A model generated the notes under the pieces. It was not told the origin of the DNA. It searched no databases and saw only the letters and a program-made list of their open reading frames with translations. From the NCBI RefSeq assembly GCF_009914755.1, contig NC_060928.1: DNA of 64,000 bases. One strand, given 5' to 3'. Numbering within the stretch: position 1 is the first letter of the stretch; every line of letters begins with the position of its first letter. Source of the DNA: the human T2T-CHM13v2.0 reference genome, Homo sapiens. Made by a program: the position numbers and the translations under genes. Positions 42,002 to 61,199 of the stretch are shown here, piece after piece.

Positions 42002-44285
42002 GGAAAGATTCTTTTTAAACATCAAGTAATAACTAATCAGTGAACTGCCAGTTAATTTGAACTGATTGGTGATACAAGCAACATGAGACATTAGGACTGG
42101 CATTCAAGGATGAAAATAGAGCTACAAATAATCAAATATTATTATGGATGCCCAATTATTAAGCAAACTTAACATCTCATTGAATAGATTACACATCTCC
42201 TGAGTAGTTTATATTATATGGGTGTAGGAGTATTAAAATATAGTCACTAGACCTTCAATAACAGTGAAGCTCACTTCTATATTACCTAAAAATATTATTG
42301 TTTACATGGTATAATAATGCTCCTGGGAAGTCTTCTCAGATATCTGAATATAAACAAAGTCTCTTAATGGAAGGGGCTGTCAAAAATTGTAGTGTAATTC
42401 CATATGTGTGGCTTTATGAACATTCACATACAAAACAACACACACGTGTGTATGTGTCAGACATATGGTGTTGTAATGCCTTTATAAGAGGGCTTCACTA
42501 CATAATAACTTACTATAAAACAAATGTTGTTATTTAAATTATTACCAGCAGAAAATTGCCTGTTGTACTGTATTTTATAGAGAAGACAGCTCATAAATGC
42601 ACTAAAGTGCAAAGACATTTTTAAAAAGGCAATAATGAATTTTCAATAATGAAGCCTAGTAATAGCAGTGTAAGAAAGCATCTGAAAGCTGATAAAATCT
42701 GTATTTTAGCACTGTTTCTATATGTACAAGGTAAGGCTTTCTGATCTCAATTGTCAGTATGAATTTTTTGTTTCAATTTATAAAGATCAAATTCACATTT
42801 TTGAAGTGAGTTATTATTGCATATCTTCATTTAAGGTCAGGCACAATTTTGAACATGTTAATCAAAAAGAATACTTATTGTCATATCTCACTTCTGACAT
42901 TTAAGAAAAACTCTTCATGCAAATTAAGTATGTGACTACACTACCAAAAGAGTGTATCAAATACTTAACACAGAAATACAATGAACTTCTCTATATTGAC
43001 TGAAGTCCTTCATGTGCCTCTTCTCAAGTGCAAATTAGACTCAGATTTCTCCTCTTTGAAGTACAGTTACCCTTGTACATACACTGCTTAAAGCGTTACT
43101 TATATCTATCATGAATCAAAATTAAAGTATCCCTTTAAAATATTTCCAGGCACAAGATTTTTATATCTTATAAAAAATACCCAATTCAGAAGGATTGTTG
43201 GATTCATCAAGCTATTTTTTTGTAACTTATAATTGGCTTTTTAAAAACTGAAAATATCAGTTTATTTTCTCCTAAGATAATTTCCTTCAAATACTCAACT
43301 TCTTTATCACATCTGATTTTTAATGATTACCTATTTTCTCCTAATTTCCAGAGTCTCTCTATTTATAATACAAATTGTACTTCATCACACAGGAACCTTA
43401 ATTGGATATAATTGGGATGAAAGTGTTCTCACTCATGCTTTACGAGTCTCAAAGGCAAAAAAAAAAAATGTAGCAAATCAGCACAAAAACCCACACCCTT
43501 CTTTCCACGGTGGTGGAGAGGAAGCTCACAGGAAGCCCTGGCAGTCAGACTTGGCAACTGCTCACTCTCACTGGAGCTTTCATTGCTAGAGTGAGCACTC
43601 CATTTCCAAGAGTCTTTCATCTATCTGAGCATCCATTGACAATCATGTACAGCAGAAAATAGTACCTTGTGTAATCAAGGGAGTTTTCCAAAACCTGGTA
43701 AGTAAAACCAGGATGCCAGGCAAGGTTAGAATGCCACAGAATAAATAGGGGCTGCTTTGTTCTGGTTTAGTAAATTTGTTTAGCTTTTCTTATGTCCCAT
43801 TTCAATGATGTGCTGTTGTTTCAAAAGGGATAGGACAAGGTATTTGCCCTTGGCTTCCAAGGGCAAAATCTCTTGGATTTTACTCTACGTAGAGGATATG
43901 TCTTTGATCATGTCATTTTTTTTCTGTCTCTCAAATTTATATTTAACTATCCTTTAATAAATTAGAGAGCATCATGCAATTTCAACAACAAAAAATTATT
44001 GCTTAATTCTATGGGGTCACATTGTGAATTTATTATCTAATTTCGGTATAATATTCATCTTCTATTATGGTCCAATAAGCAGAAGAACAATGAGACTTCA
44101 TCTCTTGTTTTAAATCCTACTTTAATTCTTACCAAGTGGTTTATTTGATCATAATTATTTTGGCATCAGTGTAAACCTGGCTATTATTGTTTATCCAGCA
44201 TAAGCCCGTGAGACACCTGAAAACTTCACATGACAAAATGATGCAGAAAATTTCATTACATTTCTGTAAAAAGTCATACACTTAG

Positions 44286-44720
44286 TGTTGCAGGTCAGGT
44301 TCCCTGGGAAACAGACTGGAGCTGGCGATTTGTGTGCTAGAAGTTTATTAAGGAGTGCTCTCAGGATCAACTCCTGAGAGAAAGAAAAGAAAGCAGGATT
44401 TAGTAGGGAGAAATTAGGCTGCTGCATAGTCACCACAAAGGCCTAAGTCTGTCCTTTAGGTAGTTCTAGAGCTGGTATGGCCTACCAAATTTGCCTTATG
44501 AAAGGTATGGTATCTGGATCTTTATACCTCATAGCATCCAACCATGTACACATGAGATCACAGATAAGGCAGGAGAAGCAAATCTCTTCAGCAAAGGGCA
44601 ATCAATCGCCAGGAGCCACAACACTGTGGCACCACAGTTAACGCTCCAAGGATCCAGAGAAATGTGTGCTTTCACTTTGAAAGGTGGTGTGGAATATTGG
44701 AGTTGTAGCCTGTGGCATCC
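44286..44720 (-). mobile_element. LTR33-like ERVL LTR
   Basis: tgttgcaggtcaggttccctgggaaacagact...aagtttattaaggagtgctctcaggatcaac. Confidence 0.65.
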
Positions 44721-45848
44721 ATTACTCACATGTTAATATATCTTGATTCAGTACTAACCTTTTTTTCTTGAATTTTTGGAATTAAGGGCTTGGTACATAT
44801 TTGACCATTGGAAATCCAAATACTTCCTGTTTTATATCACAGAAATGTTGGTGCCTTCATAGCACCAAGACATGTAATTCATCAAAATAGTACATATAGT
44901 TCCTTTCCTTTTTTCTGTATCCTTGATTCTTGTCCCACATCTTATGTGTACACTTTGTTAGAAGCAGATCTTTGAGCAGCAACTAAAGAAGTGTTCAGCT
45001 AGTCCTGTGTCTGCTGTTATAGGAAGAAGTGTGTTTCCTCAAAGTTGGAGTAGATGTAGCCAAGTAGATCGTGAGTAGCTACTGAAGTGCTAGCAGCAGC
45101 AGTATGATGCAAAAAAGCACACGCTGGCACCCCTTTTTGATAAACCAGCAGATACAATGATTTTTTCTTTCCATTATAAATACAACTATTTGGGCAGATA
45201 CAGCAGTAAGCCTTGATCAATTTTCATGGAAAGATAACAGTTATGAATAATAGTGTAAAACAAACAGAACACAGGCTTATATCATTTGCAAACTCAATAA
45301 CTGAATTTTGAAAAGTTTAAAATTGACTGTATAATGAAATATTGAAAAAGAGTTGGGAATAAGAGAGAAGCACTATGCATTAGACAGTTGTATCCTCTGA
45401 AATGTTCCTGCTTATTGGATCATCCTTGGGCACTTTTCCTGAGAAAGGCTCAGACAAAGCTGTAAATAGAGGCAGTTTGGGGATCAATGGCCAGAACCTA
45501 GGGCCTTGAATATTGAGTCAGAGGTATGGAATCTATCACAGTTTCAATCAAACCACGAAATGTTTGGAAATGGCCAATAAAAGCCCAAACAAAAAATCAA
45601 TACATTTCTAACATCTAGAATTGAATAAGTAACAGAAGATGGTGATCAAATATGGAACACAAGATTCTGAAACAACAAATCTGACTGGCAGAATAATAAA
45701 TAGTGCTCTTAAACAGCAGGTGTTAAAAAGGTTGTGAAAATATGATTGCAAGTCATAAAATATCTTAGCACCTAAAATGTTCAAGCACTGAGCTATATCA
45801 AATTTTCAGGATCTGTCCTCAAATAATATGTAGAGGCATGTAAGTTGA

Positions 45849-46380
<532 letters not shown>

Positions 46381-46429
46381 TCTAAAAGTTAAAGGATAAT
46401 AATTATATTCCTTAATTTAAAAATAGATA

Positions 46430-46520
46430 GATGTACTCATTCTCATCTTATATTTGAGGAACTGGCTTGGGAAAGTTAAGTAATTTACCCAAGTGGACAC
46501 AGCCAGTAAGTAATAAACCA
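46430..46520 (-). mobile_element. MIR fragment
   Basis: tgaggaactggcttgggaaagttaagtaatttacccaag...cacagccagtaagt. Confidence 0.65.
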
Positions 46521-49500
46521 GATATTTTTTCCCTCTCCAATTTCTTTTCTATTCCTCTTAAGTTTTCCTTTAAAATAAGTACATAATAGGATAACACTGT
46601 TTATAATTTTCAAGATTGTAGTAATTTTTGTCACATTTTCTGTAATATTTTTCACTTGATAAAATTTGAAGAAAATTACAATTATGATAATCATCTTTAT
46701 GTATACAAGACTCAGCATATAATGAAAAATGTTATAGACAAAAAGCATCACAAACCACACTCACTCATTTCCATCTCTATTTGAAAACAAAAGCTATGGC
46801 CCTACTTGGATGACATGCATGAAGCCCGCAAAGCTAAGGTAAATGTGTAACTTTTCCAAAAGAAAATGGACCTATTTGGGAAGGTTGGAATTTTACCAAA
46901 AAATTTTAATATAAAGACCCCTTCAAAGTTGCTTGTTGGATGGAAAATCAAAAGAAGTTACAGGATATCAAAGAGAGTGTGGTAAGTTCATGTATCCTGG
47001 AAATTATTCAGCTATTTCATAAATTTAATCAGAGGAGTGGAATGTAATTACCATGCCTGCCCACTGATGTCGTCACTTTTGAATCACTCGTCTTTCTTCA
47101 GTATTTTTCAGTAAAACATAGTAGATTTCTCAGCTCTGCCGCTTTCTGTCAACACACATCTGCACAACAGTATTCGTAACTTCTCAGCAACCTAGTTTTT
47201 AAGCATCTGTCTATCCGAGTACATGTTGAATTGTAAAGGAGAATTTCTATTTTGTGATGCCCTTCAGAAAACAAGAAAGGCAGTTGATACTTTCAAAACC
47301 TGCAAATAATTTCTAAGTAAAAGTTTTGAAGAAAAGTCTTCTCACTCTGAGCTCAGATAGAAAACATGTGATGTTGTGTATTTCATTTAATTTTGCTACA
47401 TGAATGAAGGATACAACTCCAGATGGCTTTGTGACTCATGATTTTCTGTGTGAATACCCATCAGCATCAATGCCTCTGCTAATGAGGCCAAAATGCATTT
47501 TCCTATAGGGACGAAAATCTTAACTTTATAATCTGGGTCAAAGAAGATCTTGATTAAATAAAGTCTCTGAAGAAACATTAGGGTGATATATCTTTATCTA
47601 TTATGTAGAGAGTCAGTGGTTTCTTAAAAATAGGACATGTCTTAAAACATACCTTTGTATATAAATAATTGTTTTTTGAAAAGAGATTGGTCAATTTCTG
47701 AATAATTCAGGAAGAATGAATTCTTCCAGTGCCTCACTGTCTTGGATGATTTTGACCATATTTATGAGAACCCTTTTTCTTTCTTTAAGACCCTGAGGTC
47801 ACCATTATGGATGCTGTTTAAAGAACCATGTAGTCTTTTCCATCCTGCCACTCTGGAAGAAGAGATCGAGAGCTCAATTATGCAAACTTTGCAAAGCTGG
47901 TAAAAGCACTTCTTCAAGATGGAATTGACAACTACAAAGTCTTGTCAGTTTCTTTGTGGACAGAAATCCCCAGATACCTGAAAACAAAGAACATTTTAAA
48001 ATGTTTCCTTCAGATGAATTTAAAATTGAAATGTGGATTCATAATACCTTCTGTGCTAATAGAGTCAGCATCCATAATACAGCCCCTATCCAAATTGACT
48101 TTAGCACCAAGGAGGTAAGAAAAAGGAAATATTGTGACATTAATTTAATTAAAATTAGTCGAGAAGAATTCTGGCATTATTTGGCACAATTCTATCTTTA
48201 TCTGAAAAAAGTAAGTAGGAAGTTTCTGCTTATTGTGTATATTTGAATCTACATTCTTGAGTAGGATTTTGTATTTCCAAAATCATAAAATGTGCAAAAT
48301 GTTGTATTTCTTTATGTTCATTATTATCAGAAGGAGGTACTTACGTTTTATCAAAATATCCAAGGAAAGTGTCACTCCAAAGTATTCATTTCCTCAACAT
48401 AATTATTTTAAATAAAATAATAAAAATACAGTATAATTGTAAAAATAATATGCATTTATATATCATTTTATAATTCATTACAGTAACAGTATGAGTTCTG
48501 ATTTCACTTTTTGCACTTGAGAAATGAGGGACTTAAGAAAATTAGACGGCTTGTTTAGGGTAGGTAAGGGGCAGATCCAGGTATTAACAAGCGTCTTCTT
48601 ACCCTAAAGCATACACTGTCCTGATTTCCTTTAAGGAGAGGTAAGTAAAGGGCCCCCAGAGCTCTGAGGGAAGGCTTGATCCTAAGTGGTCCCTTAGACA
48701 GAGTTTTAAAGGAAGTTAGTGTTTGAACTGAGGCTTGAAACAAGACAAGAATTTCATTGGAAAGGGGAAAAAAATCCAATTCATGGTACCAAAATAAGCA
48801 GAAACTAAGAACAGTACTTGTGAAGACAGGCTGAGTCATCTGATGCAGCTCTTTCTATGAGTTTTTGAAAAATTATTGTTACGGTCATCTCATTTTGAGA
48901 AAGGAGGAAAGGAAGAGCAGATGGCCTCGGGTTGGGGAATTTCCTACAATATATTGTTATAATTAACTTACTTCGGCTGAAACTAAGATTAGAGATTAGA
49001 GAGCGTATGCTTAGGTGGTAGACATATTTGGTTTATGATGTTCTATGCATCAGAGACAATTTGTAAAAAGAGGGGAATGTTAAAATTTTGAATATGATTA
49101 AGCTTTGTCAGCCTAAGTGTGTTAGCTATTAACTGATAATGATTAGGGACTCATTTTCTCCAAGCTGTCTTTAGGCATCATTGCTAAGCCAGTAGCCATT
49201 CAGTCCTCCTTCCATGCTGGCAGAGCTTCGGTTTGTTCACTTGCTCCTTTCTCTTCCTAAGACTCAGAGTCACATCTTTATTAGTGTAAGCCAGTCATTT
49301 AGGTCTCATGTCCCTTAACAGCACTTTATTTGGGAATAGATATTCATTGCAATTTTGGCCAAGAAACAGAAGTAAACTGCTACAACCAACTTTTTACCAG
49401 GAGAGAGAAAAGCCAACTAATGACTAATGGAGAAAATAGTAGGAAAAGAAACCTGGGGCACTTGGTGACATCAGTTCTTCAAACTACAATACCTTGAGGA

Positions 49501-49954
49501 ATTTCTTAGTGAGCTAAAACACATTCCTTATTTTATAAGGTGATTCCATTAGAGTTTTCTATGCCTCGCAACAGGAAGCATTATCACTGACATGACCTGA
49601 GTGAGACTAACTCCAATGAAACAGAATCACAGCACTAAAACTGTCATTTATTATGTACTTATATCAGGAAAATGTACTTAAATGTACCTAAAAAATGTAC
49701 TTTAAAATGTGCTTAAAACACAAAATCAGTAGTAAGATATAACAGCAAATTAAGGAGAAAAGTAAACATTTATACTAAGAAGGGAAGTTCAGAAAGGTAA
49801 TTGGGGTTTTTCTATAGTGGAATATTAGCCTTGTATTTTGGGAAGACAGTCCTGACAGAATTTCTGTAGAACAGTATAAAAACTGGAAAAATGTAAGATA
49901 TATCAGAAATGTCAGATTGATAATAACCACGATTCTTTTTGACCACAGGGAAGA

Positions 49955-50752
<798 letters not shown>

Positions 50753-51126
50753 AATATAGACAAAATAAATGTAGTTATGAATTCTTAGGTTATTGTGGTT
50801 ACTTAAACCCAGTTTGCCAATGGACTGAGGACATTAAGAATAAAAAAAGGCAAGATAACTCAAGAAATGGTAAAAATTTAATATTGATAGAATTTAGTGA
50901 TGCATGAAATTTTGATGGTCCAGTGAAGGAGAGGGAGGTGTGCCAGAAGATCACTTTATGCTATCCTAGAAGGCAGAAAATATTCTCTCAATTGTCTTAA
51001 CCAGTATCTGGAACTGAGTAGAAAGGGCACATTTCTAAGGAAGAGGTGTAGAATAAGTTTCAAATTTTCTGAGAATTCATTTGGATGTCCATGGAAATTT
51101 TAGAGTTCAGAAGATAAAGAAAACCA

Positions 51127-51420
51127 GGCTGGGCGTGGTGGCTCATGCCTGTAATCCCAGCGCTTTGGGAGGCTGAGACGGGTGGATTGCTTGAGAGCAG
51201 CCTGGCCAACAGGGCAAATCCTCGTCTCAACTGAAAATACAGAAGTTAGCCGGGTGTGGTGGCAGGCACCTGTACTCCCAGGTACTTGGAAGGTTGAAGC
51301 ATGAGAATCCCTTAAACCCAGGAGGCGGAGGTTGCAGTGAGCTGAGATTGAGCCACATTGCGCTCCAGCCTAGGTGACAGAATAAAACTCTGTCTCAAAT
51401 TAAAAAAAATACAGAAACAA
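51127..51420 (+). mobile_element. Alu (AluSz/Jb-like)
   Basis: TSD aagataaagaaaacca (51111-51126) / aaaataaagaaaacca (51421-51436). Confidence 0.95.
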
Positions 51421-53367
51421 AAAATAAAGAAAACCAGAGATAATGTTTAGAAGTTATAGACAAGGCAAATTTCAATGCACAGAAATATTTTAATCCTCGT
51501 AAAAATGGTTGAATAAAATGCTGCTTATAGCAGTTCATTCATATAGAAACTATATATTTTATACTATTTCACTGGACTTTTTCAAAATTTTACAAAGAAA
51601 AACTCAGTCTTTTAGGCCCACCTACACCAAAAAAATAGCATTCTTATTTACTCTCTTGGGCATTAGCTACAAAAAATGAAGAATTGTGTTAGTTTCTGTG
51701 ATTTTTTTAATCTACAGAAAAATTGTGTACTTAAAAAAGTCAAGTATTTAACCTGAATTATTTCTCAATTGAAATAAACTTTCTTTAAAAATCTATAATT
51801 TTATTTAGGCTGCTGTTTAAACTGTAGATAAAGGTGTGGCAAATCTATAATTATGCATTTCATTTTCTTCTATTTTTTATGAACATGAGGCATTTTTCTT
51901 TATTTAAATATTTAAAGTTTCCTTATATTAAAGTATATTAAAACACAATTTAGATTTAGGATTGACTGAGCCACAACTTGTTCAAGAATATTCGAATTAT
52001 TTTTCCAAGAACAGTTTTAGACAAAGTTTGATTCTATGATGAATCCTCTTTCAATGGAAATAAATCATACTACTGAAGGTAAAGAAGTCTGTTATTGAGG
52101 TCAATTACCACGTCAGGGTGTCCTTGAAGCCTCAGCAATTGAATGGTCATGTCTATAGCCTGGAGAATGTAAGGCTGGAAACATATTTTTGATGATTATG
52201 AGCAAGTTAGTGTGAATGGTGACTGCAACAAGCAGAACTGTAGGTCTGGAGGGGAAATAATAGTCACCAGCGGCATCTTCCAGAGCACTAACAAACAATG
52301 ATTCCTGGCAAGAATGACTATATCACATTTTGTAGAAATACAGATGAATTTCAAGCCTATTCTACCAGCCTAAATTTAAGAATTACCTGGCTTTGTTCAA
52401 CCACCTCATGAATGCCTCTCATGATACTTAAAACTAAATAAACTTTATCTAGAGATCTTTCTGCATAAAATTTCTGCTTCTGTTTTTCATTTTTTCATAT
52501 ACACAGACACACAAACACAGGATGTAATAATAAAAAAATCACATGACTTAATTCATAATTGTCATTAAATATAACCAAATGCTAAAATTTGTATGCTATA
52601 TGCATAGATATATAGATACATAGATATTTATGTATATGTCCATCTATGTGGATCAGTAAGATGTAAATATATATATATATATATGAAATTATGCACATAC
52701 TTAGTTTTACATTGGAATTTTTCTGATTCTAATGCAAGGACAATATATATGTATATATATTCATTAATTCACACATGTATTCATATATATATATATAAGT
52801 TTTCATCAGCTATGAACATATGGCAGATAATTCACTAAAAATGAAACTTTCCATCGTAAAATTGTAGGCATTTATGTGAAATAATTGATCTTGAATTAAT
52901 GTGAGAAATATACTTGTTTCCTTCCTTCTACCACAAAAAGTACATGAGGAGCAGTTAGATACCTATAAAACTGCAAATAACAGAGAAATTTTAATATATT
53001 ATTCAGATGCCCAACCTCTTTCTATAGCTCTCAAGTCCATCTCAAATACTAGTCCCAATGGCTCTTGGTATATCGATTTAGATCAGAGCCTCTCCTCTAA
53101 GGAGAAGCCATTTGGTCTTAATGCTTCTAGACCTCACAGAGGTTCCCAGTCTCCTGGCCCCAGAATACTCTGTTTTTACAGGGGCACATTGCAAAACCTG
53201 AACTTTCAGGAAAGGGTGAGAACGTTTTGGAGATGCTTCAGAGTAACTGTAAAAGGACTGTGAGTTATGGGATTGCTTGTCAAAGGAGAGTCATAGCATG
53301 GACCTGCGCTCCCATTACAGCTTCCTGGGCAGCTTTGGATCGACTGCCATTAGAAGGTACTATTAGT

Positions 53368-53495
53368 CCAGCACCTTGATCTTGGACTTCTCAGCTTCCA
53401 GAACTGTGAGAAAATAAACTTCTGTTCTTTATGTTCTTTCTTTCTTTATTTTTTTAATAGACGGAGCTTCGCACTTGTTGTCCAGGCGGGAGTGC
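53368..53495 (+). repeat. 128-bp direct copy of 56278-56404 (MLT1A/Alu junction)
   Basis: Both copies read ccagcaccttgatcttggacttctcagcttccaga...gtgagaaaataaacttctgttcttta...aatagacggag...cacttgttgtccagg. Confidence 0.95.
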
Positions 53496-55949
<2,454 letters not shown>

Positions 55950-56037
55950 CAGGCCAGGTCAAATATATCTGCAAGCTGAGCTTCCAAACTCGTCCTCAGT
56001 TTAAGGGCTCAGATAATCAACACGTCTCTAAACCCAG

Positions 56038-56716
<679 letters not shown>

Positions 56717-57399
56717 ACAGCAGCGCTTTAGAGTCAGGTGTTTTAGTTTTTCTGGGTGCCAGAGTTAAGGTAAAATGCCAGGCATTTGACTAGAAACGAG
56801 GTTTCAAAGCCTGATCCATATGTAGAAAAGGAATAAAAATAATTGTACGTGTATCTTTGGAAAGAAAATGGAATGAAGTCAAAGCAGACTTATTAGTGAA
56901 ACACACTAAAGAAGCAAGGAATAGTCAGAGGTATCAAGACTTCTCCACTGCAAGGAGCTGGATGCAAGAACTGGATCTGGTATACCATGCTTGAGGACAT
57001 CAGACTGGCTGTCCTGAATGTAGTTAGGAGGCCAGCTTCGGAGATACTGAGATAGAATCTGGAGCATGCTTTGTAGATATTGATGTTTCATATGCATGTG
57101 AATGAAACTGTGAACAGGGAGAGAGCTGCTAGGAACACTGGTGGTTTTTCACACTTGGAAGTGGAAGAAGACCTACTAAGGGAACAGAAGTCACTGGCTC
57201 AATGTAAAGCAGCAAATCATCTGGGAAGACCTGTGAAGTGTCAGAAAATCTTTAGGATTCAGGGTGACAAGAAACACAGGGAAAATGCTATGGAATATAA
57301 TTTAGAGGAATGCACTGATGAGAAGACTAGACAGAATTTATGGCCTGTTTACCACGCAGTGAGAGCACTCCTTTCAGACTTGGGCATCTAAGAATTCAA

Positions 57400-59350
<1,951 letters not shown>

Positions 59351-59429
59351 ATACTAGTTATAACCTTAAAAAACAAACCAAAACAAGATGAGAAGGTAAA
59401 TGAGACAGGATAGGCTAGGCTGTTTTGCA

Positions 59430-59820
59430 TACATTATTTCAATACATTCTCAGAGCTACCCTATGAGATAAGTACAGAATAATTATTTACTGTTACAGAT
59501 AAAGAAATTCAATCCAGAAATGTGAAGTTACTTGTCCCATGCTACGCAAAGCAGAGACAGGACGTTAACGTAGTTTTATTTAAGAGACTGCAATTACTAA
59601 TGTGAGACGAATATCCTGTTTCCACTCCTTTTTAATTATGTAATCTTGGGCAAGTAATTTAACCTTCCCAAGCTTCAATTTCTTCCTCTATAAAAGGAAG
59701 TATGTATACTAACAAAAGAAGTTTTCATAATTATTAAGTGTAAGTAGTTTTGAGGATTATATGCGATAAAGGAGGAGATTTAAATCCATATAAAATCTGT
59801 AAGCCAGCATCTAGTGGAAA
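59430..59820. mobile_element. Two MIR fragments in opposite orientation
   Basis: Minus-strand piece accctatgagataagtac...ttacagataaagaaa. Plus-strand piece tcttgggcaagtaatttaaccttccc...tttcttcctctataaaa. Confidence 0.7.
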
Positions 59821-61199
59821 AATATTAAATACCATTTATTAATAAATTATTAATGTATGAATTTTTATTATTGTGCTCTACTCAATATTGTAAATGTGTG
59901 CTTTTTTTTAAAAAAAACTCAAATATATTTAGGCTAGAATGTTTATCTACAGTGAAAAACGAGACCCTCTAATAACATGAATCTCCAAGATTTCCTGGAG
60001 GGGCTATAAACTAAGCCCAAGCTGCCTACCACTCAGCAAGTGCTGGGCAATTTGTGATTATATGAACATACCATAGATCTTATTAACAGTGTCTTTTCAA
60101 GGTTTCCTATTTTAAATAATTCTTTCTATATGTGTAAAATTACAATTGTTGTCTTTTACAAGATGGTCTGAGAGTAAAGGGGGACTTTTAAAGATATGGA
60201 CTGTGAAATTGCCATTACCCTGGGTTTCACTCTGTAATCATTATTTTTCCAATTAGATAAATTTCACACATGACTACAGAAATAATGATGTGAAAATAAT
60301 TTTTTTCCTATTTCAAGAATTTCGAGTGTTTTTGGGAGGAGGTTATATAATGAAGAAGATAGTAGCTCTAAAATAATATATTGGCATACTGGAATCTTAA
60401 GCTTCATTTCTGCAAATCACATACTTTATTCCTTTGATTGAAGAATAGGCCTAAGTTCATAGAACATAACAGGGAGAAAAATAAGCCTTATTTTTAAAAA
60501 TTCAGTTTATGTAAACTGCCTCCACGTAGGAAAAGATGTGATAATTTTAAAAACATCTACCTAACAGATAATTAATATTGTACAAATAATTGAAAACAAT
60601 ATTAGTATTTTGTGGATATTTTAAAATTTTAATTGTACTCATATTGCGTTCTTAATAATTCTGATGACTTTTTCTAAACTATGTCTAACTCAACTGATTT
60701 GCTGGACCTGATACTCTGGGCTAATGTCCTTGACCACCTTTTCAATGAAGGATAGGTTCTAGAGAATACAATCTAAATCATGGCAATATGCAGGATTAGG
60801 GCTTTAACAAAATAAATCCACATCAGCACGATCCTGCCTCATCTCATTCATGCTTTGCCTGCTCTTCATTATCCCAACTCTGCTGCCATGGTAATTATTT
60901 ATGCTGTGAATTATTGTCATACTGTTAAATATAGCTTTGAAAATGACAAGACCAATCTTTTTTATTTATTGTCAACCAATCACCCTGCCTAGAATCAACA
61001 AAAGTAAATCATATTTCTGTTAAGCATTTACTGAAAACATTGCATATTATCACTTAACTTCTTGGAGGAGCAGAGCCAAGTGGGAAGCTAAACAATGGGA
61101 ATGAAATGGCTCGGATTCTCCTGTCTCAAACACCCTTTACAATAGGTATGAAATGGCCTAAAACTGACACTTTATGATTCCATAATAAGAAACAAGAAA

